Virus record (IMG/VR): IMGVR_UViG_3300017792_000001
Span: 104,697-168,696 of that record
Source of the DNA: a virus
Taxonomy: Duplodnaviria; Heunggongvirae; Uroviricota; Caudoviricetes
Strand: one strand, 5' to 3'
DNA: 64,000 nucleotides
Under the pieces are notes generated by a model, which saw only the letters and a program-made list of their open reading frames with translations, was not told the origin of the DNA and did no database searches. Both the position numbers and the translations under genes were made by a program. Shown here piece after piece: positions 58,185 to 64,000 of this stretch; the stretch's first letter is position 1; every line of letters starts with the position of its first letter.

Positions 58185-58211
58185 AAAAAAGGGGCGCCCT
58201 TGAGCACCCCT
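58185..58211 (-). terminator. Intrinsic terminator
   Basis: GGGGTGC-TCAAGG-GCGCCCC-TTTTTT. Confidence 0.85.
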
Positions 58212-58235
58212 CCTTGAGTTGCGAGAGAATGCCGC

Positions 58236-59090
58236 TTACACCACAGCGCGGCTCAGGAGACGCTTGCGGAATTCCTCGAAGTATTCCGGACGACGAACGA
58301 ACATCTTGCGGTAGTATTCGATCATCATTTCCAGGCTGATGTTGCCAGCAGCTACAGCGACCAGTGCTTCGGTTTCGTCGTACTCGACTTCGGACGATGC
58401 GATGGCAGCAGTAACCAGCTCACGCTCCAGCGGGCCGTGATTGCCGTGTGCATCGACAACGTACAGACCGCGGTCGGAACCGTCTTCGCCTTTCAGGTCA
58501 GACACAACGAAGCCCATGGTCACGCGACCGCTGGATTCGCTGACGTAGTTGATCAGGTCACCGCCTTCGATCTTGCTGCGCTCGTTACGCAGGCTGCGCG
58601 ATACTGGCTCGGCTTCCTGTTGTGCAACGTGCGAAGAGGCTACGCAAGCCATCAGCTGGTTCATCACTTCCATGTCGTCGCCGGCATGAGACTTGATCAG
58701 CACGGTGCCGGCGTCGGTCTTGTTGGCCGACCACAGACGTTCTTCGCTGTCCATGTACATGTTGGTGCTGGCGATGGCGTTGAACTTGTCGGCGTTCGAC
58801 TCGTCCAGGACGATGCGTTCCTCGATCACACCGACGATACCTTCGATGCACTGGGTAACGCCGTTGCTCGACAGAGCGGCGAACGAATGTGGAACTGGCA
58901 TCAACTTGCCGCCGAGGTTACGGACAGCTTTGCTGATCTGCTCGGGGGTCGCACCGGCAACGATGGTACCGAGAACGCGAGCGAACTTGCTACCCACAGG
59001 AGTAACGCTGTGAGCATTGAACACTGGACCAGCAGAAGCGAGGCCAGCAAGAGCGCTGTTCACATTGCTGTGAGTTTTGGACTTAGCCAT
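58236..59090 (-). CDS. Hypothetical protein, probably a virion component
   Basis: GGAG SD, strong codon bias, followed by a terminator. Confidence 0.65.
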   Translation of the reverse strand: MAKSKTHSNVNSALAGLASAGPVFNAHSVTPVGSKFARVLGTIVAGATPEQISKAVRNLGGKLMPVPHSFAALSSNGVTQCIEGIVGVIEERIVLDESNADKFNAIASTNMYMDSEERLWSANKTDAGTVLIKSHAGDDMEVMNQLMACVASSHVAQQEAEPVSRSLRNERSKIEGGDLINYVSESSGRVTMGFVVSDLKGEDGSDRGLYVVDAHGNHGPLERELVTAAIASSEVEYDETEALVAVAAGNISLEMMIEYYRKMFVRRPEYFEEFRKRLLSRAVV

Positions 59091-59103
59091 TGTTTTGTCT
59101 CCG

Positions 59104-59565
59104 TTAGACGATGGTGTAGACAGTCTTGTTTGCCGAGTTTTTGGTAGCGCGCAGTTTCTGCTTGCGCGGTTTGCCAGTCGAAAGCCCTACGTGGACCCAA
59201 CGTCCGAACTCTTGAATGACTTGGTCGAACTCCAGGCCGCTATCACAAACGGCTTGAAACAGTTCTTCCGTTGTCATACCAGGAACGCTGATGTCTGCTG
59301 CCAGTGCTTGACTGTGACTGGAAGTAGTAACACCACCGACCATCTTGTTCAGCGCTTCGCCACGATAGCCGGAGCTGATGTCGATACGCTTGAAGTTCTG
59401 GCGGTCGCGGAGCTCTTGAAGGAACTCGGCGAGCTTCTTGATGTTCGGCAGCAGCGCGGTTGGAACGCTGTTGTCGATCTTGTGTTGTGCGGCAGTATCA
59501 CTGCGTTCAAACTCGGAGAGCCTGAAGTTGGCAGTAAGCTGCTTTGGATCTTTGGCTTCTTTCAT
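59104..59565 (-). CDS. Peptidase M15A zinc peptidase (endolysin-like)
   Basis: NFRLSEF, ISSGYR, SSHSQALAADI and WVHVG motifs. Confidence 0.9.
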   Translation of the reverse strand: MKEAKDPKQLTANFRLSEFERSDTAAQHKIDNSVPTALLPNIKKLAEFLQELRDRQNFKRIDISSGYRGEALNKMVGGVTTSSHSQALAADISVPGMTTEELFQAVCDSGLEFDQVIQEFGRWVHVGLSTGKPRKQKLRATKNSANKTVYTIV

Positions 59566-59579
59566 GTGTTTACACTCCG

Positions 59580-59586
59580 TAAATTA
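59580..59586 (-). promoter_or_regulatory. TAATTTA candidate late promoter upstream of the M15 gene
   Basis: Lies in a 23-nt intergenic gap. Confidence 0.5.
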
Positions 59587-59588
59587 GA

Positions 59589-60803
59589 TCAGAGTCCGCG
59601 CATCCATGCACCAGCGCGTGGATTTGCAAAACGAGTCGTGGGCGCGTTGATAAGCGACAGAGCACCGAGATGCCCACTACCGTCCATGAACTTACCGCCC
59701 TGGCTGCCGTCACCGGAGATAACCCCGTAACGCGCAAGCAGTTTCTTGGTAGGTTTCACATGGTCGTTGATTGCGCTTTCTACGCGACCTAGCGCAGCTT
59801 CGATAGACGGAGTGCGGTCGACGTTCAGCGATACGCTTTGACCGGAGAAGTCGAAAGCCATTGCACCTTCTGCCTGGAGCTGGGCACCGAGCGCGTAGTA
59901 CGCAGAGCACTGGAGCCAGCCGTCAAGAATCGGGCCTTGCATGTTTGTTCCGGTGAACGCTGTGATCTGCGGCGGGAACGAGTTGAACAGGTTCAAGCCA
60001 CGGGCCAGGTATGCGATCAGGTCCGCCTGCGTGTAGTCCAGTTCTGGAATAACGTTCGACAGCCGCGCCTTGTTGATGTACTGCTCAAGCATCGAGGCGG
60101 CAACCAGTACCTGGGGTGTGATCACCCACGTGTTGAACATATACTGGGTCGGAGTAAACGCATCACGCTTGGTGTGCTCAACGATCAGCATCAACGGTTC
60201 GATCTTCGCTAGCCCAGCCGCATTCGGCAGACGGCACACGGTCTTGTTGCTGTACTTCTCGATCTGAATACTGCCATCATTCCACGGCAAGTTTTCAAAC
60301 AGCCCGACGTTGTTCCGATACAGACTGAACGACAGCATATCGCCCAGTTCTGCGGGGATTGCAGGAAGTCCTTTGGCGGTATTCGCAGGAACCTTCGGCT
60401 TGCCTTCATCGAATGCGAATGGCAGTACAACCGTCAGGTACAGGTCACGCGGGACGATTGCAACGATGTCACCGGTACGTTCTTCCGACTGTGGGCTGAC
60501 CTGGATGATGTGGGTGGACTTGTACGTCTCCCCATCAATCGAACGCATACGCCAGACGCAGCGCAGTTCAACTGTATCAGCCAGCCCCATCTTTGGGATA
60601 GGGATGTCAGCACGCCATGCGCCCGGCTCTTGCGGGTCAACGGTAGCAGTGAGCTCCGCAATCACCGACTTGTCCGTGTCGTACAGCTTGACCTTAGGCC
60701 CGGCGCTGTTCTTCGCAGGGATTACCGGCTGATCGAACTCGTCCAGCATTACGTCGATGACAGGCAGCGTGACACCTTCGACGCACTTGTGTAGGCTGCT
60801 CAT
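59589..60803 (-). CDS. Virion structural protein, possibly a neck/head-tail adaptor
   Basis: Ig-like N-half and helical C-half ending FDFSGQSVSLNVDR; late-operon context. Confidence 0.5.
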   Translation of the reverse strand: MSSLHKCVEGVTLPVIDVMLDEFDQPVIPAKNSAGPKVKLYDTDKSVIAELTATVDPQEPGAWRADIPIPKMGLADTVELRCVWRMRSIDGETYKSTHIIQVSPQSEERTGDIVAIVPRDLYLTVVLPFAFDEGKPKVPANTAKGLPAIPAELGDMLSFSLYRNNVGLFENLPWNDGSIQIEKYSNKTVCRLPNAAGLAKIEPLMLIVEHTKRDAFTPTQYMFNTWVITPQVLVAASMLEQYINKARLSNVIPELDYTQADLIAYLARGLNLFNSFPPQITAFTGTNMQGPILDGWLQCSAYYALGAQLQAEGAMAFDFSGQSVSLNVDRTPSIEAALGRVESAINDHVKPTKKLLARYGVISGDGSQGGKFMDGSGHLGALSLINAPTTRFANPRAGAWMRGL

Positions 60804-61738
60804 TTGCCATTACCTTTGCAGATGGTTTGCACGATGGCGTTGATGTCGAACTGATCACCAGAGCCAAGTTGCTTCACCAAGTCTTCGCTGATTACCTTCA
60901 CCAGAACTTCCGATTCATCGGTCAGCATACCTTGCACGAAACCCAGGACACCACGGCGGACGTAGGCTTCAATGTCATCGAAGGCTTTGATCACGCTCTG
61001 GTTGATGTTCTGGTTACCGATATTCCGGTAGTACCGTGTGAGGTATGTCAGAAAGTATTCAGCGAAGAAGTCGTTCACCTCGACGTTGAGGATGTCTGGT
61101 GCACGATCCCAGAATTCGCGAGCATACACCCAGTCATTCCATGGGTAGCGCCACATCATCTGCGGGATTGTCTTGTAGTACACCTGATCACGCACCAGCT
61201 TGACTTCCTTGGTGCGGTTGGTGATCGAAGCGCGATCCATTGCAATCGACTTGCTCCAGCCACCGACGATCTTGTACAGCCATTCCATTTGCGGGCGCAG
61301 AGTGTTGTTCATCCGGCAGCGCGCAGCAATGTCAATCGGAACGCTGATCGTCAGGTAGTCATGCCCGTATTGCAGAGTCGGTCCCCACAGAGCGGTGTGC
61401 CCTGTGTTCCAGATGATGTGTCGTGGCAGTGCACCATTAATCTCGCGGCGAGACATGGCGAACGTGAACACTAACGGCCCGCGACGTACCTTTGGATGAG
61501 GTGCATCAAACGGGCCGTAAGACATATCAGTGAACCCGCTGTAGACGTTGACCAGAGTGAACGTGGTGTAACGTACTTTCAACGTAGGGCTTTTATCCAA
61601 CTCTTGCTTGAGATAATCAAGGACTGGCTTGAAGATCACATTGTGGGCACGCCAGTTGAACGTCCTCAGGTAAGACGAACCGCCCCAAGGCCATGTCGAA
61701 AGCCTGAAGCGCAGGGGTTCACTGAAATGCTGGTACAT
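60800..61738 (-). CDS. Hypothetical protein, probably structural
   Basis: ATGA-coupled in a late operon. Confidence 0.55.
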   Translation of the reverse strand: MYQHFSEPLRFRLSTWPWGGSSYLRTFNWRAHNVIFKPVLDYLKQELDKSPTLKVRYTTFTLVNVYSGFTDMSYGPFDAPHPKVRRGPLVFTFAMSRREINGALPRHIIWNTGHTALWGPTLQYGHDYLTISVPIDIAARCRMNNTLRPQMEWLYKIVGGWSKSIAMDRASITNRTKEVKLVRDQVYYKTIPQMMWRYPWNDWVYAREFWDRAPDILNVEVNDFFAEYFLTYLTRYYRNIGNQNINQSVIKAFDDIEAYVRRGVLGFVQGMLTDESEVLVKVISEDLVKQLGSGDQFDINAIVQTICKGNGK

Positions 61739-61741
61739 AGG

Positions 61742-62794
61742 TTAGCTCCGGGAACTGACCGTGTACACCCAGTGATCGGTATCCCAGGTGTAGTGCAGAC
61801 GCTTGGTACGACCGAGCAGACGGCGAATGTCGGTATCAGTAGTCAGCGTGGCGAAGATTTCAACCTGCTGGGCTGCAACCTGTTTGTTGTTCTTCACGTA
61901 CACTCGGATTTCATCATCCTCTACTTCGGCAGACTTGAAGAACGACAGGCGTTTGAGCGCGTTGTTGATGCGTGTCGAGTCCACTTTCAGCTTGACCCGA
62001 GAGAGCTGGGCCAAGACGCCTTCTTCGGCGAGTGCGTGCAGCAACGACTTCTCGATGTCTGTGGTGGCAACACCGAAGTCATAGTGCATTGGCGCCTGGA
62101 AGCGATCTTGCACAGTGACATGGCGAGACATCAGGTATTCATCACCGACCTTGGACAGCGCACAGGTAACGATGATCCACATCTTGCGGTCAACGAACTC
62201 GGTAGCGTCCATGTAGTAGCAGAAGTCGATACGGTCGTCCTCAGCACCAACTTGCAGCAGAGCCGAGAGCTTGATTGGCTTCTTCGGCTCGGCGTAGCTG
62301 TTGATCACGCGGTTGGCGACAGTCATTGCGCTCTCGAAGATTTCGGCAATCTCTTTCGGAACGTGCGCGTCGGCAACTTCTTCCAGACCTTCTTGCGCTG
62401 CGTTGAACTCACGCTGCATACTGGCAAGCATGGTGATCATGGACTTGGCTTGTGTCTGGATCGCCGGATTCTTGCTAGCGGTCAGACGATCAATGATCGC
62501 TTCCAGCTCGTCGATGGTGTCGCTCTCTTGCAGAGCAGCAATGTGCTTTTTCAGCTTGGAGAACGGCGGCGCTTTGAAGTTGGTCAGACTGATCTTGCCA
62601 GCAGTCTTGACACCATCACCCAGGGAGTTGATGTCGATCTTTTCGTAGCTGCCAGATGCGGCAGTGGCAGAGTTGCGGCCGAACAAACCCATCACGAAAC
62701 TGCGCATCCGCGACAGCACCAGGCGATAGCGTGGCATTTGCTTCTGTGCGTAGGCTAGGACTTCCTCGTCGCTCATGGAGTCGAGATTGATCAT
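61742..62794 (-). CDS. Hypothetical protein
   Basis: GGAG SD; has SATAAS near the N-terminus. Confidence 0.65.
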   Translation of the reverse strand: MINLDSMSDEEVLAYAQKQMPRYRLVLSRMRSFVMGLFGRNSATAASGSYEKIDINSLGDGVKTAGKISLTNFKAPPFSKLKKHIAALQESDTIDELEAIIDRLTASKNPAIQTQAKSMITMLASMQREFNAAQEGLEEVADAHVPKEIAEIFESAMTVANRVINSYAEPKKPIKLSALLQVGAEDDRIDFCYYMDATEFVDRKMWIIVTCALSKVGDEYLMSRHVTVQDRFQAPMHYDFGVATTDIEKSLLHALAEEGVLAQLSRVKLKVDSTRINNALKRLSFFKSAEVEDDEIRVYVKNNKQVAAQQVEIFATLTTDTDIRRLLGRTKRLHYTWDTDHWVYTVSSRS

Positions 62795-63792
62795 GGTGTC
62801 TCCAAAAGATCGTTCATCTGGTTGATTTGTAGTTTCGTCATGCCGAGCAAACGAGTCAGGCGAGACAGAGCACGCGGGTCAGCAACTTGGCGTTTGCCAA
62901 TGCACAGCTGGAGGCTGCGGTTACCGGGCGTATTGTTGAAACGGTGCAGCACTTCAAACTGCCCACGTGCGAATGAACGAGTGAGCAGCGGGACCACAAC
63001 CTTGAGAATGCCATTGATATCGGCAGGTCGCACAGCTTGGTCCAGATTCAGGTTGAGCGTGTCGCTGACGTCAATGGAGGTAACGCCTTCGATACGCAGC
63101 AACTTGTCCTCTTTCACCTTCGGAGCAGCACTGCGCTTGTAGTTCAGCGATGCTTTCAGGAAGTAGTCCAGATCCTTGAGGTTAGCCAGAGGAATCTGAT
63201 CAGCGTCCACGAAGGGATTGTAGGGCAACGATGCAGACAGGTTACCCAGTTCTTCGGTGAGCTTGACGCACACTTCGGGACTGGTGAAGCCATCTTGAGT
63301 CTGCACTTGGCGAGCGACGAAAGCCACACAACCAACGTTGTTGTCGTACATGTGGATGGCGTACAGCTTCTCACACATAGGGCGCAGGAAGTCATGCACG
63401 GCATTTGCGTAGCTGTTCAGCTTGGCGCTCATGAGCGGTTTGGATGCCGCATTGATCCGAGTGATCAGAGTCTTCTTGAGTGCCAGAACGTCATTGTTCA
63501 GACCGACTACCGCCGCGACACAGCGTTCCCGCTTGATGTCATTGAGGTGTTGAGCCTGAGTAGCTGCACACTGCAACTCCGCCTGTGATTGCAGGACAAA
63601 GGAGAGGGCATCGTACAGCTTAGGAAGTGGGCCGAATTTGACCTTCGTTTGCTCAGTGGCGAACTGGGTCTGCTTCTGGCGCAGGGTGGTATTAATACGA
63701 CCAATGACAGTAATCAACTCATTGGCGTTACGTGCCTTACGAATGTCGAGGACATTCTGGCTATTGTCGATTGACTTTGGCTGTACTTGCAT
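62791..63792 (-). CDS. Hypothetical protein
   Basis: ATG 63792, or TTG 63804. Confidence 0.65.
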   Translation of the reverse strand: MQVQPKSIDNSQNVLDIRKARNANELITVIGRINTTLRQKQTQFATEQTKVKFGPLPKLYDALSFVLQSQAELQCAATQAQHLNDIKRERCVAAVVGLNNDVLALKKTLITRINAASKPLMSAKLNSYANAVHDFLRPMCEKLYAIHMYDNNVGCVAFVARQVQTQDGFTSPEVCVKLTEELGNLSASLPYNPFVDADQIPLANLKDLDYFLKASLNYKRSAAPKVKEDKLLRIEGVTSIDVSDTLNLNLDQAVRPADINGILKVVVPLLTRSFARGQFEVLHRFNNTPGNRSLQLCIGKRQVADPRALSRLTRLLGMTKLQINQMNDLLETP

Positions 63793-63824
63793 CGTAGGTA
63801 TCAACCTAGATTGTGTTGTAGCGA

Positions 63825-63831
63825 TAAATTA
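63825..63831 (-). promoter_or_regulatory. TAATTTA candidate late promoter
   Basis: Intergenic, just after a terminator; flank TAATTTATCGC is identical to the 13523 copy. Confidence 0.55.
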
Positions 63832-63850
63832 GCGATTTATTGGTCAGGGA

Positions 63851-63896
63851 AACAAAAACACCCGAGCAGCACGAAGCTAACTCGGGTGTTTTCTTT
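63851..63896 (-). terminator. Intrinsic terminator
   Basis: 12-bp stem AAAACACCCGAG/CTCGGGTGTTTT followed by TGTTT. Confidence 0.85.
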
Positions 63897-63915
63897 CAAC
63901 TATCAGGCGCGGGGA

Positions 63916-63999
63916 TTAACCGCGTTTGACGGTCTTTTTGCCGGTCGAGCGAGCGCGGGTAGCGGCTGGCTTGGCTGCGGCTTTCTTCACAGCAGGTTT
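63916..63999 (-). CDS. 3' end of a histone-H1-like (PAKK/AAAK-rich) protein, truncated by the window edge
   Basis: KPAVKKAAAKPAATRARSTGKKTVKRG followed by a stop. Confidence 0.6.
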   Translation of the reverse strand, partial: KPAVKKAAAKPAATRARSTGKKTVKRG

Positions 64000-64000
64000 A

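Noticed and set aside
1-64000. tRNA, rRNA, transposase or integrase genes
   Set aside because: No T-loop or anticodon-arm signatures or catalytic motifs were seen by eye; tRNAscan-SE would confirm.

Overview
A 64-kb segment of a large myovirus (jumbo-phage-like; the gene set resembles the PaBG/Lu11/RSL1 type, host possibly Pseudomonas-like, both by inference only). Genes are densely packed and almost all on the minus strand. The one exception is a plus-strand island at 13590-18648 carrying thyA and small hypothetical genes. Left to right: a fibre and collagen-like cassette; baseplate wedge, gp25 and PAAR genes; the thyA island; a late-looking cassette with an Acb1-like 2H phosphoesterase, PL7 alginate lyase, putative prohead protease, GT2-TPR glycosyltransferase and three very basic proteins sharing an N-terminal leader; NAD-dependent ligase; Ig-repeat fibre proteins; tail sheath; a replication module (J-domain protein, SF2 helicase, clamp-like protein, UDG-like/PolA fusion, 2004-aa SNF2 protein, HNH); M15 endolysin; and neck-like genes. 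Most notable observations: (1) a candidate capsid-targeting leader (IRIxxDGTFEATA[A/G]) on the basic proteins, with an EATAA motif also on the Acb1-like protein, near a putative prohead protease; (2) a canonical -1 slippery heptamer plus stem-loop at the end of one leader protein; (3) a lone in-frame TAG in an otherwise intact thyA; (4) a recurrent TAATTTA candidate late promoter; (5) a C-terminal domain shared by three structural ORFs. No tRNA, rRNA or CRISPR array was seen. All calls come from manual motif reading; no searches were run.
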